Of a DNA stretch of 64,000 nt, positions 11,601-19,797 are shown piece by piece; within the stretch, counting starts at the first letter, position 1, and every line of letters starts with the position of its first letter. The DNA is from Corallochytrium limacisporum Hawaii (Eukaryota > Protista > Pluriformea), in contig PDIP01000019.1 in NCBI GenBank assembly GCA_002811645.1, positions 103,592 to 167,591 of the forward strand. Reading direction: 5' to 3'. Under the pieces are notes generated by a model. The model saw only the letters and a list, made by a program, of their open reading frames with translations. It was not told where the DNA came from and ran no database searches. Both the position numbers and the translations under genes were made by a program.

Positions 11601-12354
11601 ATTTGTACTTGACATGGGTGGCTTGGACGGTGCACAGGTTGATCTAGCGGTCATCACCCATGCCAGTGCCCCACAAATAAGTCAAGCTCCATTGGTGGCC
11701 TACTGCCTTAGTGCCGCAGACTCGGTTGCCATTGCGAAAATGCAGTTGGTTCCCAGTCAATTTCCGACCTTGCACCGGAGCTCTGGCCTCTACGACGAGG
11801 ATCCTTACCTTCGGCGGCTGATTGACACTGTACTGGAAGCCCGATGGTTACTGACAGCTGAAGGGTGCAGCAAGATCTTGGAAACCATGACGGTGGCTTT
11901 AAAGTCGAGCGGACATACACCACTTTGGATGGGTCATATTGCACGGAGTCTGTTGCGTAAAGACGCGAAGGATTTGGAGGCAAGAAGATGCGGAAAGAAA
12001 GTAGACCAAAGCAAGAAAAAGTACGCTCAGGAACCTATTGCGATGGCTTTGTGCATTGGTGCCGCCAGGCAGATCAAAGACCCGCGCCTTCCGCACCTCC
12101 TATGTCAGATGGGTGGCCTTCTAGAAGTCCATCTGTCCAAACACGGTACCGATAAACAGGCACAAAGCAACCCTTTGCTACATGCAATGTGCGCCCCGAA
12201 GACCAGGACGCGGGAGATAATTGGAACAATTGTGAAAGCGCATGGAGCGGACTTTCCGAGGCTGTCCGCGGTGTACAAGCATGCTGTTTCCAAACAATTG
12301 GACCTGGACAGGCCGAGTGCGGGAAAAGGCCAGCCTATGAGGAAATCTCCATAG
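8608..12354 (+). CDS. Large helical-repeat (degenerate PPR-like) protein, probably mitochondrial, ~1248 aa
   Basis: First ATG is at 8608 (A at -3; the ORF track start is a GTG). Arg-rich, acid-poor N-terminus. PPR-like segments AAYNGMILGLAEAG, IMAGLVAREGPENAQKVFD and LMQTCWMHGQPDTADMIFEKVM. The CDS is secure; the family is tentative. Confidence 0.6.
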   Translation: MFLTARMRSRMQIPRGHNILKPRFKVRDNVPSKSSAPKAPVLLLREPPTKTSRELFRYSMGARRALSLPALGDDGTQQSAKAISNLLGQRLTYESFSQHLRECLKAGLIDSASTGTPTSVGSRRKLLTNMTETLITVADEHIEGKLTKQRLGLLALSCNLAVDNVESARAISDFLHSRTDEGVSAPVLRVLAHYMERRDSEFQERTLVERFQDFIPAAKLETSAAYNGMILGLAEAGCLPQTIQSASDAYTFISEEQKSLPLFVALNIARITHEGGRRTMAKHLFGAPKDHLAHGMPDLLWHLKLSQNRDVLPLGNSEIREIAMWVRPVPSLMATRIDGANNCVNSIFMMMGINERGPYEEDLIVGAAPVQGLKDRYIDLRGALRLLNHYTSDSSLEALLTDRDIARLKRAIMAGLVAREGPENAQKVFDREGTKNVLGYHWAHPSTNDMPIMLTLLGGYVNNLQGLNSTDWWANGRWWINLKAREDLLPTDIMHAGSDLAQAYLIKGSLASIEKGLRIVCELKPVNLKGDAQGMFTLRRSLEHLVNVCTNMPTYEDLRERSPTGPGMPRKMWEELNIEAMNRLLEVHGKSWGHRGLIWRLFSTVAGLDSPEVMKRTVALDHTALVTQFQTLQHQFVNIPSGTLVHIGLRLMQTCWMHGQPDTADMIFEKVMAAYFGKHRLHWWEIFTPKTILQQRDPQRLLSFLEQEGVHLQLKDDQMHALENLISLQNMNGPGRVYSSVQDTTEFNKTWTDLISTVRALPAASEMALHAPEMFDVRRPSSLSGLVSYTDIRSWRLAFLYSVMFSPSYCELPAFLPDVNPELVQPIVNIIREESMFDPHGTQKFITTMVEKATQSGPTQPYKAPAWSELIVPQNHLPWPKAFCLFNRFWIGILLPPFASGMKNLRRVADEDVHLMRQAMLCHTTVGHVASVWQQLPPALLETIARRFDMIRGLYGNRDKPIPAHILRPFLDEVYRVRPEIMGSESPEHPPMNPSPVEFVLDMGGLDGAQVDLAVITHASAPQISQAPLVAYCLSAADSVAIAKMQLVPSQFPTLHRSSGLYDEDPYLRRLIDTVLEARWLLTAEGCSKILETMTVALKSSGHTPLWMGHIARSLLRKDAKDLEARRCGKKVDQSKKKYAQEPIAMALCIGAARQIKDPRLPHLLCQMGGLLEVHLSKHGTDKQAQSNPLLHAMCAPKTRTREIIGTIVKAHGADFPRLSAVYKHAVSKQLDLDRPSAGKGQPMRKSP

Positions 12355-12586
12355 GTGAGGTGGACATCATCTGTGACCACAGGAGATAGTTATAATCAAC
12401 CATGAGAGACATGTGGCGTGTGTGTCACTATGCATTGCGCTACCGAATCTATTAGAGAGTAACACATGAAAACAGAAGAATACAGGTATTTTCAGAAAGC
12501 TACGTCTACGTTTTAAGCGAGAACTGGCATTGTCTGCTTCATGCTATTTTCAAGGCGTGTACGTGCTAGATTTCCTGTAATTCATT

Positions 12587-15500
12587 TCAATGCGCTTCAG
12601 GATTCTTTGTGTACACAACACTGTCCTCATCCATGACCTCTTCACCGCCCAGCATAGTACTGCTGACGGTTGAGACGTCATCCTTGACAAGGTCCACTCC
12701 CATGAACAGCTCCCTTACCTGGAGTTGCTCTGTTTCGCAGTGTCGCAGCTTTACAGCCTCCTGCACGCCAATGTTGGTTACGTGCGAGGCAGCAATGGGA
12801 TAGTACGACCAACCTCGCAGCAGCAGCACGATGCGCTTCAGTGCCAGGGAGCCAGGCAGGAGTAGTCCAGTGCGGTCCCGGGCAACCAGTAGGCGGTCTG
12901 GTACGACATCGACTGCAACCTTACGTTCCATGGAGGCCAGCCCTACCCGCAGGCCCAGCTCTGGTAGGACGAGAACATCTATATCAAGCTCGCCAAGGGC
13001 GTCCGGGTGCTGACGGGCAAAGCCTTGGGTCCGTTGCCAGAAGTCCTGAAGTTCAACGGGTCCTGGCTCCATCTGGCTAAGGCAACCATCACTGAACGGG
13101 TCCAGAAACGCAAAGCCATGACTCTGGTGCCTGTCAGGGACCACCAGTTTCTCCATCGATTGCTCATGCCCGTCCTGACCGCTATTCACTGCGGCTAGGA
13201 CAAGGTCACAGAGTGTTGATGCTACAGTAAGCTGATGTTGCATCGCATCAAAATCGCCACAATAGTCCCCTAGTTGTCTAGTAATGTCCCGTAGGGACTC
13301 TATTGCGTCCGTACGCGCATTCAAAACAGCTCCAAGAGTGGCCGCGCACGCAAGAGCACCCAAACGCTCCGTTTCTGAGGATTGATCATATTCTTCGAGC
13401 AGCTCAAGAGCCGTGCTCAGCCACGGGCGGTCGCCTGCAAAGCCAGAATCGATTGTTGATGTCTGGCGCGCAGGTGGGCCATCCACAACTACGGTAGATC
13501 GTGATTTGAGCATCACCATACCATGAAGGAGGCTGGTATACGTGGATAGCAGCCACGCGTCACTGTTGGTAACCTGTTGCCGGTGCCGCAACATTAGGAG
13601 ATCGACGGGCATTAGCACATTCAGTGCAACGTCCGATAGAAATGGAGAGTCACAGCGAATGGTGTGACTTGCACTGACGAATTTCAGCAGACCAATAACG
13701 GAAACAGTGGAAAGTTTACGCAATGCCTGAGAACGGAAGGTCTCAAAGCGCTCCTGTGGATCGTCGTCGGGAAAATTTGGATCTAAGGCAGCTTCCGGGG
13801 CGTTGCGCAGGTTCGCGAAAGAGTCAAGAGAGAGATCAGTGAGGAGCGATCGCCAACGACGCCTCTCCATGCCCAAGGTCGCGAGGGCACTGACAAAAGC
13901 AATCGGTTTCTGTAGGTGGCCCAGTTCCACAAGGTCGCGCAGTTCAGCCTCGTGGCGGGTGACAATTCGGTCGACGTTAAGGCTACTCAGACGCTGCTGT
14001 TGCTGCGGTCCATGTCGGTCAGTGTCGCTGCGCTGTTGTTGTTGCAAGATGCTCATCGCTTCTAATGACGGCAGTACCACCGACAGAGGGACCCCTTGGG
14101 TCTCGAGGACCATCGACGTCACGGCCTGGTGCACTGGTGCCATCAGGGTGCTCGGTGGCAGAGGGATGACCTCAGAGACCCCCTCGGAGTCTTGGTCGAT
14201 GGTGTCAGTTTGCTGCAGACTCATGATCAGTGCCGCTGCCGACGCCGTCTCCTGAATAGTGTATTGAAACTGCACGGAATCGACATTGGTTTTGCCTCTG
14301 CCGCTTTCAGAGATGATCCGTCCCAGTGTCCTCTCCAATTGATTATACAAACGCTCCATCAGCGAACTTAGTTCACCACCGTCTGTGGTGACCAAGTTTC
14401 CCATAATGGCCCGACTCATGACACTGAACAGCATGGCCAGCTGGCTCGCGGTAGCCTGCGCCAAGGTGACGTCAAAGCCCTGACTACCCGGCGAGTGCGT
14501 CAGAATGGTCACACAACCCATGCGGATGGTCTCGTCCACAATCTCCCGAACATCCCGGCCATTGATTTTGATAGAAAGTGTTGTTTCACCATGATAACCG
14601 ATTGGTGGCTGCTCCTGTGTCAATACCAAGGCACGTAGGATGCTCAGAATCTCGTAAGAGCCCTTCATGGCGTCAGCAACGGCCTGGGTGGACTGCGACG
14701 ACCCAATCATCTGTTTCAACCTGGAAGCCTGCTCCTGCACCGCGGACACGCATCGACTAAGCACGGATGTTTCGATGTCCTGGTACTGTTCAAATAACCG
14801 CATGTGGAGGTCGGTCTGACGAGGGAAGATGCCAGCTACCCAGTGCTCCACAGGCGCCTCGCGATGGGCACGAAGAACACCAGCAAGCTGAGCAGGGGTC
14901 ATTTTCGAGAGGTCGCACAGGACATGTTGCTGTACACCGTGAAGCGCTGTAAAGGCACGGGTCAGAGAACTGCTTCCGTGCTGATCGAGAGAATTTCTAT
15001 CGCTCTCCTTATCCGCTGCTGCTGTAATATTGATCGCTCTGTCATTGCCATCGTTGCCTTGGGGAAGTGCAGAGGTCTCGTTCCATCCGCCAGCCAATTC
15101 CGCCATAGACGTCGTGGCAGTGTTGAGTTCGGGCATGATGGCTGTCCGCAGGGTCCAGTACAGCAGTGACGAAGGTACCTGGCCCTGGTCCCCTGCCCGC
15201 AGCAGATGAAGTTTCTCCAAAAGTGCCACCGAGGACATCTCCTCCGGGTTTAATTGCTGTGCTTGAGGAGGCGATCGTTCCGACTGTGCCAGTGCATGGC
15301 CCAGGACAAAGTGGCATTGCTCCACAGGGCTGAGTGTGTGACTCAGCATCTCCAGATTGGTCTGTAGGAGGCCTTGCATGAGCTCTGCATCAAAGTGGTG
15401 TGAGCGGATCATGGTCTGTGTTATTAGGCGCACGCTGAGCGGGTCCAGGTCTGCTGCCATTGCACGGTAACACTGGTGGAACGCAAGCGTCAGTGTGTCC

Positions 15501-16780
15501 GTCAACAGATTGGCTTTGAGAAGATGAACGTGCATAAGTACCAGGTCACGGTGGTTATTGAATTTGGCCAGAAGACGTGTGCCATCAGCGATACTCTCGC
15601 CCGCCCACCTCACAGTCGTCTGCGCTATTGTCCATGATCCTGGTGTCCACGTTTCATTCATGGCAGTCAGAGGGCCCACGACACTCGCCGCAGTCAGCGG
15701 ACTTAGTGCCTCCCGAGCAGATCCGGGGCTGACAATCGCCCGAAGGTCCTCTCTGGCACTAATCGCCACCTTCAAGGACTGTGGGGTACCGCGGTTGGCG
15801 GCGTAGGCCACGACGTGTGCGTAAACATTCGGTCCCAAGCGTTCAAGGTCTGTCTCTGTCTCTTCCACAACTTCAGCCGCAGTCATGTTCATCGCGGTGG
15901 GCGTCGAAACCTTTTGTGCCTCGGAAGACAGTGCATCTTGGAAGAGGACGCCGTCAATGGCGTCCAGCGCCTGAAATACTCCGCGCGCTTCAGAATCGCC
16001 TGCTGCGGCGGCGGCATGCCACGACACCGCTTTGCCATCCAAGGACCGCCGTTCGCCGCCCAACAATTCAAGCAGCGTAGAGCCGTAGACGGCGAGTACT
16101 TTCCAAGCCTCAGGTTCCTGTCTGTGAGATACCGCTCCTGCTAAGAACCGCGCCGCTGCAGTGGTCTGCGGTAGCGGGTCCGGTGTCTGCAGCTTCAAGC
16201 AGCAGCGCAGGAAGGCCGTGGTCGCCACGGGTCCAGCTTCCTTGGCCCAGGCTTTGCCGCCGTGGGGCAGTTCGCGTGTAAGTTCTGTGAGGAAGGGATC
16301 CCGCCGTAGTTGCTCCTGTCTTCCCGTCATCACGCGTGTGGCATGGTAAATGAAAGCAATCCGCGTCTCTGTCGAGCGGAAAAATTCCTCTGACATTGCC
16401 GTCGGCCGGTGTCCCCACAGATCCTTGAGTTGGTTTAAGGTTTTAACATCGTTGAGTTCCTTGCGCAGGCTCTCGCGCATACCCTTGGTTTCCTCTCTAT
16501 ACGCGGCGTCCACGACAACATGATGCCGATTGTCCTTCTGTGCTGTCTGTGGTCGGCGTTTGCTTTTGTTTTGTTGTGTTTTGTTCTTGCCGTTACTCTG
16601 ACGAGCCGTGTAGTGTCTTCGTATTCCTCGTTCTGCTAATAAACCAATGGGATACCGGTGCGTATACGCTAGCAGCTGGCTTGTGTGCGCCGGTTTGAGA
16701 TACGGCAAGGTAGAGGTGGGCATCGCCATCCTTCCGAGGACCACTCTGGTCCTTAAGGCAGCTTTTGATACTAATGACAT
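12587..16780 (-). CDS. RAP-domain (FASTK-like) mitochondrial RNA-binding protein, 1397 aa
   Basis: Presequence-like N-terminus (MSLVSKAALRTRVVLGR...RRHYTAR), helical Leu/Ala-rich body, and C-terminal RKVAVDV...LLPGSLALKRIVLLLRGWSYYPI matching the RAP pattern (kiAiEv...g.t.lK.rlL...Gw.vv.i). Confidence 0.75.
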   Translation of the reverse strand: MSLVSKAALRTRVVLGRMAMPTSTLPYLKPAHTSQLLAYTHRYPIGLLAERGIRRHYTARQSNGKNKTQQNKSKRRPQTAQKDNRHHVVVDAAYREETKGMRESLRKELNDVKTLNQLKDLWGHRPTAMSEEFFRSTETRIAFIYHATRVMTGRQEQLRRDPFLTELTRELPHGGKAWAKEAGPVATTAFLRCCLKLQTPDPLPQTTAAARFLAGAVSHRQEPEAWKVLAVYGSTLLELLGGERRSLDGKAVSWHAAAAAGDSEARGVFQALDAIDGVLFQDALSSEAQKVSTPTAMNMTAAEVVEETETDLERLGPNVYAHVVAYAANRGTPQSLKVAISAREDLRAIVSPGSAREALSPLTAASVVGPLTAMNETWTPGSWTIAQTTVRWAGESIADGTRLLAKFNNHRDLVLMHVHLLKANLLTDTLTLAFHQCYRAMAADLDPLSVRLITQTMIRSHHFDAELMQGLLQTNLEMLSHTLSPVEQCHFVLGHALAQSERSPPQAQQLNPEEMSSVALLEKLHLLRAGDQGQVPSSLLYWTLRTAIMPELNTATTSMAELAGGWNETSALPQGNDGNDRAINITAAADKESDRNSLDQHGSSSLTRAFTALHGVQQHVLCDLSKMTPAQLAGVLRAHREAPVEHWVAGIFPRQTDLHMRLFEQYQDIETSVLSRCVSAVQEQASRLKQMIGSSQSTQAVADAMKGSYEILSILRALVLTQEQPPIGYHGETTLSIKINGRDVREIVDETIRMGCVTILTHSPGSQGFDVTLAQATASQLAMLFSVMSRAIMGNLVTTDGGELSSLMERLYNQLERTLGRIISESGRGKTNVDSVQFQYTIQETASAAALIMSLQQTDTIDQDSEGVSEVIPLPPSTLMAPVHQAVTSMVLETQGVPLSVVLPSLEAMSILQQQQRSDTDRHGPQQQQRLSSLNVDRIVTRHEAELRDLVELGHLQKPIAFVSALATLGMERRRWRSLLTDLSLDSFANLRNAPEAALDPNFPDDDPQERFETFRSQALRKLSTVSVIGLLKFVSASHTIRCDSPFLSDVALNVLMPVDLLMLRHRQQVTNSDAWLLSTYTSLLHGMVMLKSRSTVVVDGPPARQTSTIDSGFAGDRPWLSTALELLEEYDQSSETERLGALACAATLGAVLNARTDAIESLRDITRQLGDYCGDFDAMQHQLTVASTLCDLVLAAVNSGQDGHEQSMEKLVVPDRHQSHGFAFLDPFSDGCLSQMEPGPVELQDFWQRTQGFARQHPDALGELDIDVLVLPELGLRVGLASMERKVAVDVVPDRLLVARDRTGLLLPGSLALKRIVLLLRGWSYYPIAASHVTNIGVQEAVKLRHCETEQLQVRELFMGVDLVKDDVSTVSSTMLGGEEVMDEDSVVYTKNPEAH

Positions 16781-17535
16781 GGTTCTATGTTTGGTCTGTA
16801 TTGTCTTTCTATTGCAGGTCCTCCTGGAGGATCACTGCCTTTGGCCACCCATTATCGGGCCCCTGCCATGCTGAGCGATGAGAAAGATCTATTCCCCCCT
16901 TTCCAATGCCAATACCCACTTTTCCGTCGCTTTCGTGTTAACTTGAACTCTCTAGGACCACTCTCACGCACGAGAAAAGAATAGGTAACCTAAGACGTGC
17001 TTCCCTAAGTAGCTTGTGACCTAACGTGAGACCGCTGCCCGCCACGGGCTCCAAAGGCTCACAGGTAATCCTGCCCTCCCCGGGCCCGGGGTCGCCGTTT
17101 CCCTCCCTCAACCCCCACTCACACACCACTTCTCCGTTGGCCCTGCGCTACCCTTGGCCCATGTGAATGGCTGGCGGGCGATACTCCCTCACTGCGCGGC
17201 ACAGAAGGGGGAGACGGCGGCGAGTGGGGCAGCCCCGGTCCCGACTCTTGGTGGATCGCAGAACCGCCGGTAGTGTGTGAGTTGGGCCCCCCCCCGCCGC
17301 CCCCGGGGGGGGGGGGGGGGGGGCGCCGATGCGCGAAGCACGGCGCCACAAGGAGCCTGCCCAAGGGGCGGTACAACTGTGTCGGTGTCAAGGCAGTTAG
17401 TTACGGTAGTTTCATTGGGTATTTCTAGGCAGGTTCCCAGATCAATCAACTTTATTATCGATGGCTTTTCTAACGTCTGTGAAGGAATGCGAGGATATAC
17501 TGGCCACGGAATGTCCTCGACTTAGCAACACCAGT

Positions 17536-18057
17536 ATGTTGCGACAAGCACTGCCTCGAGCAGTGTTCACCCGGTCGTCATCTCTGCGGACATGTATGGT
17601 GAAAGGCCAAACTATCTCATCCACAACACAACTAATGTCAAAGCGTTTCTTCGGAACCTCGCCTTGGCTGGCTTCTGATCAGCCCTGGAATACGGACATT
17701 ACGATGACCTTCACAGTCCGAGACGAGAATGGAGGGTTAGCGTTCTCCACCGAGGTCAATGCTGTGCCGGGGGATATACTTATGGAAGCCGCGGTGGAGA
17801 GCGGAGAGATCGATATCGAAGCCGCGTGCGGTGGCAAGGGGAAGTGCAGTACCTGTCATGTCGTGCTGCCCCCAGAGATCTACGACATGCTCGACCCCCC
17901 GAACTTCTTCGAAGAGGACACGCTTGACAAAATCGATGACGAAGGGCTCTTGGCACCAACCAGCCGTTTGAGCTGCCAGTGCGAGGTTACAGACATCTTC
18001 GATGGTGCGGAGATCATTGTGCCTGGAATCAGGCCCGACGTACGTTTCGCTCGCTAG
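17536..18057 (+). CDS. Mitochondrial adrenodoxin-type [2Fe-2S] ferredoxin
   Basis: C-x5-C-x2-C motif (ACGGKGKCSTCHV), EEDTLD and TSRLSCQ. A presequence-like MLRQALPRAVFTRSS...KRFF starts at ATG 17536; an in-frame upstream ATG at 17461 is also possible. Confidence 0.93.
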   Translation: MLRQALPRAVFTRSSSLRTCMVKGQTISSTTQLMSKRFFGTSPWLASDQPWNTDITMTFTVRDENGGLAFSTEVNAVPGDILMEAAVESGEIDIEAACGGKGKCSTCHVVLPPEIYDMLDPPNFFEEDTLDKIDDEGLLAPTSRLSCQCEVTDIFDGAEIIVPGIRPDVRFAR

Positions 18058-18822
18058 AGAGCAAACACCCAACCCCCTCATTATGTGATTATACAAACAT
18101 TTAAAGAAAGAAAATTTCAACGGTGGTGACTTCCAAACTACCAAGTTTTTACTTATCAGTCAAGATACATGCTACGGTAGCGCAAGTCGCAGCCCTGGCA
18201 CGTCCACTACCACCAGAGATAGCCAACAAAAATCATATCGAGAAAAAGAAAGAGAAAAGGGCAAGGATATCGAACAAAAGGAAAATTCGAGGGCGCAGCT
18301 TATGCCAGAAGCCTTTGCGGGCGCACTCAGGGCACAAGAGATGCGGTTGGTTCCTGAGTACTAGTCCCCACCCGCGGATCGCTGTGGGGCCCCCTCTCAA
18401 AAAAACAGACTTCGTGCCTTTTTCCTCGCCCTTTCGTTTCTCCCTCTCTCTTTTTCGGGGCTGTATTTTGTTTTTTTTTTCTCGGTTAATTGGAATCTAG
18501 AAACGTTCTGTATTCAGGTAAACTTTTGATAGCGGTTTTCTTGGCTTGAGATGTGGTACCGCGGTACACTTATCGTACGCAAGCAAAGAAATTGCAAAAA
18601 CTAAAAAGAAAACTTGGGTGGCCGAAAAAGGACTTTGGACTCACAATAAGGATACCTTTTAAACGAAGATTCTTAACCAGTAAGAACATGTTGTCCCTCA
18701 GATGTGACACCAAAAGAAAGTTTGGTCACAAGTTGCTAAAGTAATATGTGAAGATGATGCTGGATGATGGATGGATGTTTGCAAGTGAGTCTTGGTTTTG
18801 ATACAACTCAATGAGCTGTGCT

Positions 18823-19797
18823 CTACGACTCATCCTCTTCTTCCAGGATAATCTCCTGCTCCAAGGGCGATGCCCGAGGTGTCAAGACCGGAGTGGATCG
18901 CACCGAAGAGCATGATCCAGACGCCTGCATCTCAATGACATCTTTGGGGGCCGAAAAGTTGTTCAGTTGGCGCAGTTGACGATTGGCCCACTCGCAGATC
19001 CGTTCCGCCCGCAGACGGCCCTCGTCGTCGGCCAGGAGCATCTTCCAGCGATAGCTCTCCTGTTCGGTCAAGTCAAAGCCTAGTGATGCCACAAACCCGT
19101 CAAAGGCTTCGTCTGACAGACAACCCTCTGATTGGTCGGCAAAGGCAAAGACGCACTTCCGCAGGATTTCGAAGCGATCTTCCTCAGCCCGCTGAGCGGC
19201 TTCGCTTTCGTCATCCTCAGCCAGGGACGGTTCAATGCTCAATCCCTTCTGTGATGACAGGCTCGAGTCGCTCCGACTCCGCCTCTTGTTTTGTTGTTCT
19301 GCCTTCATGTTCAAGTACTCAAAGTAGTTCAAGAAATCGTAGAGCTCGATGCGGTCCTTGTTGGAAGGATCGAGATACATTAACGCCTTGTTCATGTCCT
19401 CTGTCTCCGAGCAGCAGTCCAGGTCGCTGAAGGCCGCCTCCAGTCCAGTCCGGTCGAGGACATCGTCCTGGTCGCTGTCGTGCTTTCGGAAAGCAGCATG
19501 TGCTGTCGCCTGGCGTTGACTGGCGTTCTTTCCGTCAATCTTTCCCGTGCTCTGTGTTAAGTCCAATAGATCATTGGTGCTCAGGAGCCGTGCATGTACA
19601 GTGCGTCTCGGGCTCGTCATCATGGGCTTGCGGACGGTAATCTCCTCCAAAGTGCCCAAGGACTTGGCCCGTGCCATGCGATCCTTGAGTCCCCGGTAAG
19701 ACCCCTGGGAAGAAGGGGCTGTGCTCATTGCCGCGGCGGCCATGGTCTTCTGTGGAAGCCTAAATTCGTCGTAGACTTTGGCTGCTTTCATATGCAT
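18823..19797 (-). CDS. EF-hand protein (two pairs of partly degenerate EF-hands), 324 aa
   Basis: AFRKHDSDQDDVLDRTGL, LMYLDPSNKDRIELYDF, FAFADQSEGCLSDEAF and LADDEGRLRAERI. Confidence 0.8.
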   Translation of the reverse strand: MHMKAAKVYDEFRLPQKTMAAAAMSTAPSSQGSYRGLKDRMARAKSLGTLEEITVRKPMMTSPRRTVHARLLSTNDLLDLTQSTGKIDGKNASQRQATAHAAFRKHDSDQDDVLDRTGLEAAFSDLDCCSETEDMNKALMYLDPSNKDRIELYDFLNYFEYLNMKAEQQNKRRSRSDSSLSSQKGLSIEPSLAEDDESEAAQRAEEDRFEILRKCVFAFADQSEGCLSDEAFDGFVASLGFDLTEQESYRWKMLLADDEGRLRAERICEWANRQLRQLNNFSAPKDVIEMQASGSCSSVRSTPVLTPRASPLEQEIILEEEDES

